Shown: positions 13,964 to 31,124, counted from the stretch's first letter. The stretch is DNA of 64,000 nt from the human T2T-CHM13v2.0 reference genome, Homo sapiens (GCF_009914755.1 NC_060943.1); one strand, 5' to 3'. Program-made: numbers and translations. The notes: generated by a model from the sequence alone, not told the origin.

Positions 13964-14619
13964 GTAAATCGCCGGGCCTGCGGGGGCTTCCCACACGCGC
14001 GGGCGGGAGACGCGTTGCCTCCTACCTCAGTTTACCCGCCTTAGGAGCCGGTACCTTCGGCAAACGCTTTCCTGAAACCACGGGGGAAGTGGCGAGAGGG
14101 CGCGGGGTGCTTGGGATTGGGGGGTAAATCAGAGCTCATCGGCGGGGGCGGGGGTCGTGGTCAGGCTCTAGGAGGGGGCGCAGCCCTGGGACCCAGGTGC
14201 TGGCGTTGGGGGCGGGGGGAGCCGGCGCGAGGGACTCGACCCCTCGGAGCTACGAGAATCAACTTCACAAGCTCATGGGAGGGGAACCGCGCGCCTCCAG
14301 GTTACCCATCTGTAAAATGGGACCATCAGCCTCACTCACAAGGCTCATGGGAGGGTCCTGGACACCCTGGAGTTGTTCTCTACTCACCTGCTATGAATCT
14401 CTCAGCAAATCCTTCGGACTTGGCCTTGCCTCCAAAATACAGCCCAGAGCCACCCATTGTCACCCCCAGGCTGTCACCACCCTAGGCCACATCGTCCGTA
14501 TCTATCTCATGGAAGACTTGGACAGCGGCCTCTCTGCTATCCTTTGCTGCATTCTTTTGAAGCCCCAGGCTTGGTTCTGCACATGGCCGCAGGCTGAGGA
14601 GTCTTTGAAAAATATAATC

Positions 14620-14895
<276 letters not shown>

Positions 14896-14971
14896 ATATA
14901 TATACACATATATACTTTGTTTTTATCTATATATATACACACAGATATATACATACACGTGTGCATATATA

Positions 14972-15026
<55 letters not shown>
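14896..15026. repeat. (TA)n / (CA) / (TG) compound microsatellite at an Alu tail
   Basis: Direct reading. Confidence 0.9.
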
Positions 15027-15027
<1 letters not shown>

Positions 15028-15429
15028 GACTGAAAATGGAAATATCAAGGCCACTCAGTGCTTCCAGAGGGCTCTCAGCTGAACTTGGAATATCCTAAAC
15101 CTTGTATTCAGGTTTATGAAGTCCCCTGAACTTGGCTCCCATGCCCTGCTTTGTTCCCCCTTGCTCATTGCTGTTCAGCCGCGTGGGTCTTTCCATCCTT
15201 GGAGCACAAGCTCATTCCAACCTAAGGGTCTTTGCACTTGGTCGTCTCTCTGCCTGGGACCTTGTGTTTCAGGTCTTACCTAGGTTGGAGTCCCAGCTCT
15301 GCACCTTTTTGAGTATGATCTAAAAGAGAGCGAGGAGTACTACAATCTGTGGGCCAGATATAGTCTATGAGCTAAAAATGGTTCCTCCCTCCCTCCCCTT
15401 GTTCCCTCCCTCCCTTTCCTTCCCTTCCT

Positions 15430-15785
<356 letters not shown>

Positions 15786-16261
15786 TGAAAATGGTGTGAA
15801 ATTTACATTTCAGTGTCTGTAAATAAAGTTTTATTTGAAAACAGCCAATGCTTACTCATTTATATATTGTCTCTGGCTACTTTTGAGCTGTGACATTAGA
15901 GCTAATTTTTTTTTTTAACAGAAACTTTTTGGCCAACAAAACTTAAAGCATTTACTGTTTGTGTCTTTACAGAAAAAGTTTGCCAGTTCCTAATCCAGGA
16001 CACATGTATTTACATGGTTGTTAAACTTTTCTGAACAGCCAGTGGGATGTGGTAAATATTTAACAGCAGCTTCTCTGGAAGAGAATGTATTCGTTAGTAT
16101 GTATTTATGTGTGTGTATATAGTTTATTGTAAATTTTACTTATTTTTCTATCACTTTCTTAAGACCACAAGACAATTAATAAAACAAATTGAACCCTGTT
16201 TTGTAGCGTCTGCTGATTTTCTGGGTGTGAATCCTTCAGCCATGGCCTATATTGTTACTAA

Positions 16262-16649
<388 letters not shown>

Positions 16650-16657
16650 TGACTTTC

Positions 16658-16959
16658 AGCCGGGCGCGGTGGCTCACGCCTGTAATCCCAGCACTTTGTG
16701 AGGCTGAGGCAGGTGGATCACGAGATCAGGAGTTCAAAATCAGCCTGGCCAGCACAGTGAAGCCCCGTCTCTACTAAAAATACAAAAAATTAGCCGGGTG
16801 TGGTGGCAGGCGCCTGCAATCCAGCTACTCGGGAGGCTGAGGCAGGAGAATCACTCGAACCCGAGAGGTGGAGGTTTCAGCGAGCTGAGATCGCACCACT
16901 GCACTCCAGCCTGGGCAACAGATGAGACTCTGTCTCAACAACAACAACAACAACAAAAA
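16658..16959 (+). mobile_element. AluS with (CAA)n tail
   Basis: Forward Alu consensus. Confidence 0.9.
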
Positions 16960-17034
16960 CCTGCTACTTTCTCAGTGTGTCCCCACACCAGCAGCATCAG
17001 CATGACCTGGAAGCTTATTAGAAATACACAATCT

Positions 17035-17935
<901 letters not shown>

Positions 17936-18096
17936 ATTCTCCAAAAGTAGCTCGAATGTCAGTCCCCCTGGTCACCCACAGTGTGTAGAATTCAGGTCAT
18001 CTGTCATTCCTGGGGTGTTGGTTTCATTATTTTCAGGTTTCCCCAAACTTCTCTTGGGTAGGTCTTCTCAGCCTTTACCATATCTGCACGGTGTGA

Positions 18097-18425
<329 letters not shown>

Positions 18426-19031
18426 GATACTTTTCTTTTGGTTTAAATTTACATTAAACAGATACTTCGTATCACCGTTTAAAATGGAAAACCACTAAGC
18501 CATGAGTAGACCATTGTAAAAGCAAACATGAAAATGAAACAATGTTTTCACATTCAAAGTAGATACTGTCGCCTGCCAAGGTGTTGGGCCTGCTTTTTCT
18601 TTGATACAAAGGGAGATTAGCAAAGTATTAGAGCGTTATTGAAGAGGCTTCAGCACTTGGCGGAAACTTCCTTCCTGATGTGATGAGAAGGAGTGAAAGA
18701 GAATTGAAAACGGGCTAACATAATCTATGTTATTCATTGTCGTTTAACGCCATGTCTACATGTCGCCTAAAGTCATGTCACACACCACATTCATCCCACA
18801 CTTTGGGAAACTCGCAGCACCATGTCATCACTTGCTGAATAGAATCCAGTCGTGGCTTTTCAGGGGACACTGAGACACGCAAAACCTGTCAGGCTGATGA
18901 GCCAAGGACGTTTCCAGTGGTTTCGCAAGCCTCCTCCAAGTGTTGATGGCTGCCAGCTTTCCTCATCTGGCCTCTCGTAGCAAATTAACTTAGTCAACAT
19001 TCACTTACACAAATATTTGTCAGTTGCCTAC

Positions 19032-19510
19032 TGTGGTAGCTTTAAAATATGGCCCCAAATTCGTTGACCCTTTTCCCAGCAAGAGAGGAGGGTGCAGCTC
19101 CCTTCCCTTGAATGTAGGTGGGCTTGCTGATCAATAGAGCACACAGGAAATGACACCGTGTAACTGACGACGCTAGGACATAACGGACAGAGATGCAGCT
19201 TCTGCAGCATTGCTGGAACAGTCTCTCTGAAAGCTTTTGGCCACCATGTGAGCAGTCCAACTGCCCTGCGGCTGCCATGCTGTAAGGAAGCTGAAACACA
19301 GATCTCATGGCAAGGCCCTGGCCAAGAGATGCCCAGCCAAACCCCAACAGCTCCTGCGGCAGCCGCTGACTGTAATTGCATGAGAGACCCTGAGCCCCGT
19401 CAGAACCACCCAGCCTAGCCCTTCCCATTCCTCACCCACAGAAACTACGAAAGATAAAGAATTGCCATTATCAGCCACTAAGCTTTAGGGATGTTCATTA
19501 CACAGTAGTA
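19032..19510 (+). mobile_element. MLT1-type MaLR solo LTR
   Basis: TGTGGTAG..AAAATATGGCCCCAAATT start; AGCCACTAAG.TTT.GGG...TTACACAG end. Confidence 0.75.
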
Positions 19511-19643
19511 TGTATCCACCACACCTATGAGGCATCAGGCACATGTTGGATTCCCGGGATGAACTAGACAGGCCCTGACTTCACGGAGATTTGCAGCCTT
19601 TTGTGGGGAGACTAACAGTAGACAGGTAAGCAAAATAATTTGA

Positions 19644-20022
<379 letters not shown>

Positions 20023-20449
20023 TAATTTCACATGGTAAGGAGCTCGGTGTGGCTAGAGCCGAGTGACCAAAAAGAGAGGTGGTGGAGATGAGCTCAGGGA
20101 GGGAGCGTGCAGGGCCTTGGAGGCTGCAGTGAGGAGTTAGGGTTTTCTCCTAATTGCAGGGGTTGGAGGCAGGAAATGGGAGGGCTTCAAATGACTTGCC
20201 CTTAACTGCTGATTGGCCTCTGTGCTGTCAGCTTCCTCCTTGGCTCACCAGGATACAGGTCTCTGAGGAGCCTCTGAACCCAGGCTGAGCTCTGAAGACT
20301 TATGTCCCTCTCTCCTCTGCAGCCAAAGAGGACGATGGCTTCTGCAGCTGGGCTTCAGGAAAAGGGGTCTTCACAGCTGCAATTAAGTTTTCATCTTCCC
20401 ATCATGGGCAGGGAGCCAGCATGTGTTTTTATGGAGCAAAAGGAGCTTT

Positions 20450-21080
20450 GCTGTCTGACGCGCTAGGAGCCAATGCTAGGACATGGGTTTGTGAGAAAAG
20501 CTTTTTATTGCAAGTTGACTAACAAGCAGATGGGAGTCCAACTCAAAGCTGTCTCCCCGTGCTAGCTTTAAGACCATACTTTTTGCGTGTGTGGAGATGG
20601 GGTCTGGCTATGTTGCCCAGGCTGGTCTCAAACTCTTGGCATCGAGCAATCCTCTTCCCTCTGCCTCCCAAAGGGCTGGGATTGTAGGCCTGAGACACCA
20701 CGCCCACCCTAAGGCAGTCAATACCTTTATTAGAAGAGGTGTAGGGGGTAGACTGTGGCATTAGTAGGTAGGTGACTGGTAGAAAGGAATAGGAAGTCTG
20801 GAAAGTCCTCTGGCATGCGCAGTTATCTCTTCATCCCTCATGGAGCGCATGTGCAAGTTCGGGGGGCATTAGTCTAAACCATGCGGTAGAAATTGAGGCT
20901 ATGACATCAGCAAGCTCGTTCTGTGCAAACTCCAGTCCGCCATATTGTTCCAACTGACTTCAGCCAGTTTTGTTATCTTACAAGCAGAGGGAGTTTCAGT
21001 AAGTTGTTTCTTTTCTTATCCAGCAAACTCAGGAATTTCTATTAGTCATAGGTTTCTTTAACTCCTGGGGCAGTGCTTCA
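20450..21080 (-). mobile_element. Probable ERV LTR remnant, interrupted by a FLAM/Alu monomer (~20580-20710)
   Basis: Minus-strand AATAAA (plus TTTATT ~20504), LTR-like composition and TCA end; family not assigned. Confidence 0.5.
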
Positions 21081-21456
21081 GTGCCTGCTCTGTGCCCAGC
21101 CCACACTGAGGTTGAGTACCCAGAGATCAATCAAGTATAATTCCTGCCCTTAAGGAGCTTGGAGCCAGGTGGGGTTGGAGGGACTTCATCATGAATGCGT
21201 TATTAGTTCATCTGCCTTCCCCGTTCTCCCTCAACCCACGGCCTCAAGTTCCTGACAACAGGATGTCGGATGTGACCAATGGTGGCCCCTTGCCCATGAT
21301 GGCAGGAACCCCTGACCCAAACTAGGCACATCAGCCAGGGATTTGGGACTGGAATTGCTTCTCTCTGGAAGAAAGCTGGGCTGGATCCTGTTAACATGGG
21401 GTAGGGCCACATTCTCCTTCACATGACCTGATCTGCAACCAGGTCAGCCGTGCTGA

Positions 21457-21905
<449 letters not shown>

Positions 21906-21939
21906 TCTTTATTTTAAATTAAATAAATTAAATTTTACA

Positions 21940-22720
<781 letters not shown>

Positions 22721-23622
22721 AATCGCTTGCTTTAAATGGTATCTGCCAGGTGACTTTTTCCCATTGTTATGTTGGGGGGATATTTTGGGCCTTTGTAAAC
22801 AAATAGGAAATATTCGAGGAAGAGAAGGGGAGGAGGAGAAGGGAAGGAAGGAAATTAGCTCACTCACTCACTTGTTTTTGATCTTTCTTATCATGCATCG
22901 TTGCAAATAAGTAAACAAATCAGCCAGGCTTCTGGGCAAAATCCAACTTTGTGTCCCCTGTGAAAAGGAAAACGCTGTGTCACAGAGTGACCACTGGGGG
23001 GCAGCAGAGACTTGAGAGGAATCAAAACAACTCCAGGAAAAAGGGCAGTTGGCTACCTTCTGGGAAACTAAACTTACCGGTAAGCTCCGCATCTGCTGGG
23101 GTTCTGGTGTCTTCCATGAGCCAGGTCGTGGAAGTGGAGGTAGGGAGTCTTAGTTGCACCTCGCTCCCAGCCTGCTGCTGCTGTTGCCAAGCCGTATGGA
23201 TGCCCCACCTTGAAAACTGGGGCTGTCACCTCGGGAGGGCTTCACGAGGTCTGAGAATCCCCTTCTGAGACTGGCTAGAAAATTCCTGGGTGCTGAGGGT
23301 GTACCTGTTTGGAGACTGATTGCAACCCCCCGAAAGCAGTTCTGGAAGATGTAAGCCAAGGGGGAATTTACTGGAAGGTTATGAGGATATTCATGAGATC
23401 AAAAAGAAAGGAGAAGCAACCAGCAGTTTCAACAGGTCTTAGAAGCAAAAATCACTGAGGACAATGCGCCGGGTGTCTCCCCCAGGATGCCTGATCTTTG
23501 ACTGCTTTCAGTCTCACCCTTCAACGCAGGGTTCAGAGTCTAAGGAGAAAGTGTTGGATGGGGTCAGCAGGGTACGGTACGTTAATTTGTGCTCACCCCC
23601 AATCAAATTCATTCCTCCATAA

Positions 23623-23930
<308 letters not shown>

Positions 23931-24642
23931 TTCCATCAAATATTTATTGAGCAACAAATACATATTGGGCTCTGTGTGCCCAGCCAGTGGTATGAGATGC
24001 CATTTGAGACATCCAAGTGGAGGCAGCCAGTGGAATCCCAGCTCCTCCCCGGGACCTAGGAAGCCCCCATCCCATGACTCTGCAGCCTTCCTCAACCTCC
24101 TGCCCTGCCATTCACTCTGTGCCCATGACACCAGCCTCCTCACTGCTCCCCCCACCCCCAACACACTGAGCTCATTTGCTCCCTTCCCACCTGGAACCGC
24201 CTCACTCAATATGTGAGAGCCACCCACACAGAGACAGTATTTAAAGCCACAAAAGGACGGTCACTCTTCCAAGAGAATCAGGGTGTTATTCCAAAAGAAG
24301 GCAGGATGGATGCTGGACAGCAAAACCCCACAAAATGTCCATGACAGGATTCCAGGAGGGGCCCATGATCTCACAATAAGCTGAGAACAACTCTCAGCCC
24401 TCCTGAGAGCCTCTGTGTGAGTGCACGTATACTCATGCATATATGATACTGTGGCTTTGGAGACCTATGCATATGCATTTTACATTGCAGCCCAATACCA
24501 TAAATGCATGTGTATATGTGCACTCACACATACACTGAAATGAAAATTTTGCAAAGCTATATTTATCCTTATTACACCATCACTCCTGATGTTTTAGTTA
24601 GATTTTTATCCTGGTTCATTAGAAAAAGAAAGAGAAAAAAAA

Positions 24643-24975
24643 AGCCAAGCGCAATGGCTCATGCCTGTAATCCCAGCACTTTGGGAGGCTGAGGTGAGCG
24701 GATCACCTGAAGTCAGGAGTTTGAGACCAGTCTGGCCAACATGGTAACATCCTATCTCTATTAAAAATACAAAAATTAGCCAGGCACGGTGACACACTCC
24801 TGTAATCCCAGCTACTCAGGAGGCTGAGGGGGAGAATCGATTAAACCCAGGAGGTGGAGGTTGCAGTGAGCTGAGATTGTGCCACTGCACTCCAGCCTGG
24901 GCAACAGCAAGACTCTGTCTCAAACAAAGCAAAGCAAAACAAAACAAAACACCAAACCACACACACAAAAAACAA
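24643..24975 (+). mobile_element. AluS
   Basis: Forward Alu with (CAAAA)-type tail. Confidence 0.9.
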
Positions 24976-25983
24976 ACCAAATCGGGTATAACTCACCAAT
25001 TTGATCTCCACAGGGCTCCTGTGTGCCCCTGCTCCACCCCACAGCCACAACTCTCCCCCTCACTTGTACGATTTTAACAAGCACCTAATTGACCCCCCTG
25101 CTTCTGTTTCTTCCTGTGAATCCACCCTGCCCGAATACATCTTTCTAAAGCCCAGCTTTGATTACATCAAAAACCTCTGGTGGCCTCCTGCCTGAATTCC
25201 AGTTTCTTTGGAATTCCTTGTCACTCCTCTGGATATTTTTCTCTCCTCCATGGCACAGCACCTTCCTTCCCAACATCACCGTAAAAAACGCCTTCTCTGG
25301 GAGGCCCTCCTCACTCCCTCACACCCTCAATATTTGCTGAGCATGCCCGGTGATAGATTTGGGAAGTCCATTTCAACAAGGCAAATGATAGCTACTCACT
25401 CGCAGAGCTTATGGGAAAGACAGATTTGCAAACAATGACTATAAAGTATGGTAGGGGAAGTTGGGTCTAAGTGACCCTAATCTACCCAGAGAGCATCCAG
25501 GAAGGCTTCCCGAAAGAAGTGCCAATCAAGGTGAGTGCTAAAGAGGAAGGTGTCTCCCAGGCGACACTGGCAGTGTCCAGAGACATTTTTGCTTGTTAGG
25601 ATTGGGCTGTAGTGCTCCTGGCAGGGAGTGGGTGGAGGCCAGGGATGCTGCTCAGCACCCTGCAGTGCCCAGTACGGGCCCCCCCAGAGAATTATCTGAT
25701 CCCCCACCATCTGCGGTATCTGCAGTGCCGAGGGGTAGAAACAGCTCTTGAAGGCTTAGTCCCGTGCTTTCTGTATGTTGACCTTCTTTCTCACAACACC
25801 GTGAGGTATTTTTAATGTCTCTTTTCCAGTGGGAGAAACCGATGAAGGTAATTTACTTGAGGGCACAGTGAATGACCGTGGAGCTGATTCTCAAACCTGT
25901 GCAGTCTAATCCCTGCCACTCTGCCTCTCCCGGCCGAGGAGGAGCTGGGGAGTAGCAAAGAGGAAGGGGAGAAGCGCTCAGTT

Positions 25984-26040
25984 GGCGGCCATTTTGAGGA
26001 GCAGGGCCAAGGGGCGGGGCGGGGCGGGGCGGGGCGGGGC
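25984..26040. promoter_or_regulatory. YY1-like site plus (GGGGC)6 GC-box array; candidate enhancer or promoter
   Basis: GGCGGCCATTTTG at 25984-25996; six perfect GGGGC units at 26011-26040. Confidence 0.5.
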
Positions 26041-26168
26041 AATGCGGGGACGGACGGTGCTGCCAAGGCTGTGATGGAGACTTGGGGAGGAGGTCTGGAC
26101 GGCCAGATGCCGGAATGCTGTCTTGCTCTGCCGAGGGCCAGGCACCCAGGAGCTCTGGGCAGAGGTGA

Positions 26169-26657
<489 letters not shown>

Positions 26658-27958
26658 CACATCTGCCCCATCTTAGCACGCTGGCAGTTGCAGTGTCTGG
26701 GGTCCCCTCCCATCTTGCAAGGGAGTTCCTGCCACCAGAAAGTTTGTGAAGGCAGGGACATCTCTGGGCCTCCCCACCCCTCCTTGCTGACGTCTGTCTG
26801 GAGGTCAGGGCTGTAATGGCAGTTCCATCATCACCAGGGACCCAGGCTCCTTCTGACTCATTGCTTTTCCATCCTTATCATGGGGCTTCCACCTTGAGGT
26901 CCACTGTGGCTGCCGTGCTCCAGCCATCACATCTGCATTCCAGCCAGAAGCCTTGCTTTTCCCATGTGTACAATGGGGATTACATCTACCTTAGGTCATC
27001 AAAAATAGGAGATGGGATAGAAGTGTCTAGTGTGGAGCCTGCTGTGATTATGGCCAGTACCCCCTAGAGGTGCTTGGTAAGACCAAGGTTCCCCCTTTTT
27101 TTTTTCTGAGGCGGCTGCACCCTGGGGACCTACCCAGAGGGCTTTGGAGGCACATGATGGCCTGCGGACCTCAAGCGGGCTCCTCTTTCCTGGGGCGCCA
27201 TCCCCCATGCTCTGAGCTCCCGCTCTCCCCAGCCTCTCAGGCCCCATGGGCAGGGCTCGGGCCTCCTACTCTGGGCCCTGCAGTCCACACTGGGCCTGGC
27301 TCTTCAGGGGCTGGGGAGGTGGGTGAGTTGGCACTTGCCTAATTTGGCTCAGGGGTCTCAGCTGGAGGAATGTCTGAAATTGTGACCCAGCAGGGGGTGG
27401 GGCGAGTGGATTTCCTGGCTGATGTTGGCACCGTCAGGACACAGTGGGGTCCTGGAGTCCCAGCCCAGGGAAGTGAGAGGCGATTCTAGTGTCACCTGAG
27501 ACAGAGAGGCCTGGGCTGGGGCAAAGGCCGAGTGTCCCTGGGAGCATACGGGGCACTGGCCTGGCACTCGGGAAACTGGCCTGGCTGACCAGCAACTGTA
27601 CTAGCCTCTGTGGGCCACCCTCCCTCCCGCAGGTGGGCCCTGCCTGGTTCCTGAGCCCATTGCTCTCCTCTGTAGGGTTTCTTCAAAGTCCTATAGCCCC
27701 GCACCACAGTCCCCTGAGAGGGAATGGCAGCAACAACACGCTTCCTGGCTCCTACCCGAATCTCACCGAGTCATGCTCCTTGTGAAATGGGTCCAGGAAT
27801 CGGCCATTTTTGAGCAAGCTCATGCACTGATTCTCAATGATTCTGAAGTTTGGCCCGAGTAAACCCTGCGGACAACCAGGGGTTCGCATCCGAGACTGGC
27901 ACACCCGCTTCCTCCGCTAGATCCGAGTGGGTCTAGCCTGTAACAAATGTAAACAGGA

Positions 27959-28272
27959 GGCTGGGGCGGTGGCTCACGCCTGTAATCTCAGCACACTGGG
28001 AGGCCAAGGTGGGAGGATCGCTTGAGCCAAGGAGTTTGAGTCCAGCCTGGGCAACACAGGAAGACCCCCATCTCTAAAAAAAAAAAAAAAAAAAATTAGC
28101 TGGATGTGGTGGCGCACGCCTATAGTCCCACCTACTTGGGGAGGCTGAGGTGGGAGGATCACCTGAGCTCAAGAGGTTGAGGGTGTAGTGAGCTATGATA
28201 GTGCCACTGCACGCCAGCCGAGGTGATAGAATGAGACCGTCTCTTAAAAAAACAAACAAACAACAGAAAAAA
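27959..28272 (+). mobile_element. AluJ-like
   Basis: Forward Alu; TSD-like TGTAAACAGGAG on both sides. Confidence 0.88.
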
Positions 28273-28664
28273 ACCCAAAGTGTAAACAGGAGCCATTGAC
28301 CATCCTGGACAAAGAACGGTTTCTGCGCCATCACTGGCTCAGGATAGGCCTTGCTAAGGAAGTAAGGGGCCCAGGCTCCTTCCGGAAGGCACTAGAACAT
28401 CCCCAGGGAGCCCGCAGGCAAGTGCAGGGGGCACCTCTGTGGTTTCCCCTCTGGGTCTTGAGTGGGGCAGGCCCGGCAGGCTGGTGTCCCACGGCGGGGG
28501 GACAGGGCCTAGAGTGTGGACAGTGAGTCCAAAAATGGGCACGCTCAGTGTGTTTACTGCTATGAAAAATGAGACCAGGCCTGAGAGGCTTGTGGCTTCG
28601 CTGCCACCTCTGTTCCTCCTCGTGGATCGGAAAGACAGGCCAGAGCCTAAGGCAGAAACCAGCT

Positions 28665-28670
28665 TGTATT
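28665..28670 (-). terminator. Putative distal poly(A) signal AATACA of RFX2
   Basis: Plus TGTATT = minus AATACA; upstream TGTA (~28700) and downstream GT/T-rich tract. Confidence 0.55.
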
Positions 28671-29199
28671 GGTTACCAGGAGTGAGGAAAAGCCGGGCAT
28701 TACAATCCGTTAACTGTGAGCTTCAGTGTCTCCAAGGAGAGGAGATGTATATTTTAAAGACATTCTTTCTGTCTGATTTCAACTAAGGTTTGGGCTATAC
28801 GACCAGACAAACAGTGTGATTATTCCCAGCTTTTCGTTTCTAAAGTGAGCACGCGTCTTTGTCTTCCTGCACCCCTCACTCTGGCGCAGGCCCAGCGATG
28901 CTCTGAGCTCCTGCGGGCGGGGAAGTAGGTTTTTAAAGGCCATGTGAGCTGACATTAGTACCTTCTGTGTGAATGAGAACAAAACATTTGGGACTGAATA
29001 TACTGCAATGTACACATTCATAAGAAACGTTCTAATAACAATTAGCGCACAAAACTATTGGTATAAACATTTTTCCAAAAAGAGAAAACTATTGCATTTC
29101 GTTAGAAATCGCGTCCTGGGCCGAGGCTCGTCTTTCTTCTCTGCAGTTGGTTTGGGGACAGAACTCCAGCACGCAGCTGTCCAACTGCAGCGGCTACGT

Positions 29200-29213
29200 G
29201 TTTCCATGGAGAC
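29200..29213. promoter_or_regulatory. RFX X-box-like near-palindrome GTTTCCATGGAGAC
   Basis: Matches the 14-bp X-box pattern GTYNCCATGGNRAC. Confidence 0.5.
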
Positions 29214-30315
29214 AAACTTGGTGTCTCAAGTTCAGGGCTTCGAAAGTCCCGAATATTTGTTTGTCCCGAGAGAAGAGTTTTGACTTTGAAGAGGTCCAGG
29301 TGGGACTCGCTGGGGGTGGGGTGCTCCGGGATTAGTTCAGAGGGAGGTGTTCTGGAAGACTCCGTGGATCGGGACGCAGGCACTGCTGTTTGGACGACAC
29401 GCGGGATGGCTGCTTTCTGAAGTTGTGGCTGTGACACTGACCCTGTTGGACAAACTCCTTCCACAGCCAGTGGCTTGATGGTGACGGTGAACTTGGACAG
29501 AGTCCCACATCCTTCCTGCTGCTGATAAAACTTCTGGTTTTGATTTTTTGAAAGACACTGCTGTGTCCTGGCACGAGCGAGCCCGTTTCTGTGGCTTGTT
29601 CTTTTTCGAGCTGCGGATCTGCCGGGACACAGCGATTGTCAGCTGCCCCTCAAGTCCTTTGGCATCTGGAGATGGGTTCCTGCAGCACAGCCGGCCTCCC
29701 GCCTCGGGGCATCCGGCAGGGAGGTCTGGATCTAAAAGGCCACAGGGCGCTGCGCCCAGCTGGGTCCCTCCCACATGGTGCTACCAGACAAGGGCACTCC
29801 ACTTTGCATTCCTGAGGGGACTCCAGGGACGCTGGCGAGCTCTGTGCCTCCCCAGCGGTGGCAGGTAGGAGGGGAGAGGCCGTCCCTTTCTAGTCGGGCT
29901 CTGCCAGGTTTTTTTAATTTTTAAAATCATGGTGAAAATTGGTTCCAGTTGAGTGCAGAGGCCAGTGCTCTCAGCACAGCCCTTTCAGCTCTTAAAGGGA
30001 CTGGGGCCAAAGTCCAGGGTTCCAGCAGAGGAGGGTTTGTCCAGAATAAGGAACCCATGGTCTGGTGGGGCCCTGGTGGCTGCGCAGGGACCTGGGGACC
30101 CAGAGCACAGCTACAGCCAGTGGGAGCCCTGGCCTGGGCTTCTGTAGCTTCAACAACTGCTTTCCTTCTTGAACACTGACCCCGGGAGCCCCCGCTTGAG
30201 TCAAAGTAAACATCACATCATCTAAGAGGCACTAATTTGGTGGAGCCGGTGAAATCCAGGTTCCCAGAGTGACCAGGCGGCATCTTTTGGAACCTCGAGG
30301 CGCCGGCCGGGGCTG

Positions 30316-30431
30316 CTAGATGCCCTGCAGGGAGTGGTTGGGGTCACTGCGCTCCCGCTTTACCAGGGGCTCACCCAGGCTGCGGGCGTCTGGGCCCGCC
30401 TCGCTGCCACGCTGCTCATCGCCCATGTCAT
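30316..30431 (-). CDS. RFX2: RFX2 last exon, coding part (DDMGDEQRGSEAGPDARSLGEPLVKRERSDPNHSLQGI*)
   Basis: ctccgcag|ATGACATG...ATC TAG; stop at 30318-30316. Confidence 0.94.
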
Positions 30432-31081
30432 CTGCGGAGGGAGGGGTAGGGTCAGTGTCCATCATCAGGAGGGCACGAGAGGGAGAGAAGGAAGTGCACG
30501 TTCCGAGAACTGCTCCGGCACGCCAGGCAGGGCACCGAGGATACATGGCAGCCTGTGGACCCCACCTCGGCCTCTGCTCCAGGCTGACCTGTCCTCCCCA
30601 CCTGCCGTTACCCAGAGGTGCCCCCAGCTCGGGCCAGGCGAAAGAGCCTCTGCCCTGTGCCTCCCTTTCCCAGCGCCGACGGGCCTGGGGCCTGCTCCCC
30701 ACAGGGCTGGGGCCTCTGGGGTCCTCCCACCCGCATGGGGCAGAGACGGGGCCCGGGGGTCCCTCTGGCCTGCCTGTCCCACTCTCCTGCTGGGCGTGGG
30801 CGCAGGAGACCAGGGGCTGCCTAGTCTGGGCCTGGTGCTGAGGTCCCTGGGCAGCGGCTACCCAGAGGCCAGCGGCAGTCTGAGCCCCAGCCGAGCCAGT
30901 CTGCAGTGTCACCTGCTGCCCAGGCATCACCCACTGTCCGGATGACAGATCCCAGGGCCCTCACCCCCCAAGGGGCTGCCCGCATTTCCACCTGTTCATC
31001 ATGAGATGGGGCAGACAGGCCACGGCCAGGAGTACCACCCTCCTGGGAGGGCCGTGGTGGGAAAGCCGCAGACGCACCTAC

Positions 31082-31124
31082 CTTTGTCGAGCAGCGTCAG
31101 CGACAGAGAGGCGAGATCGTTGAA
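31082..31124 (-). CDS. RFX2: RFX2 penultimate exon (FNDLASLSLTLLDK)
   Basis: ctctttcag|TTCAAC...AAAG|gtaggt; 43 nt; phase 0-1 joins the last exon in frame. Confidence 0.92.

Larger units (their letters stand above)
12860..14300. promoter_or_regulatory. CpG island / bidirectional promoter of RANBP3 and its divergent transcript
   Basis: Very high GC and CpG density. NRF1 palindrome GCGCATGCGCA at 13809-13819 plus related GCGCNTGCGC sites at ~13603 and ~13648; E2F-like TTTTCCCGCC at 13768-13777; GC boxes. Confidence 0.9.
28645..30315 (-). other. RFX2: RFX2 3'UTR (3' end approximate)
   Basis: Repeat-free sequence after the stop codon, ending near a variant poly(A) signal. Confidence 0.75.

Noticed and set aside
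31074-31081. Second GT 4 nt downstream of the penultimate-exon donor (GTAGGT)
   Set aside because: A common by-product of the donor consensus; use would frameshift and nothing supports it.
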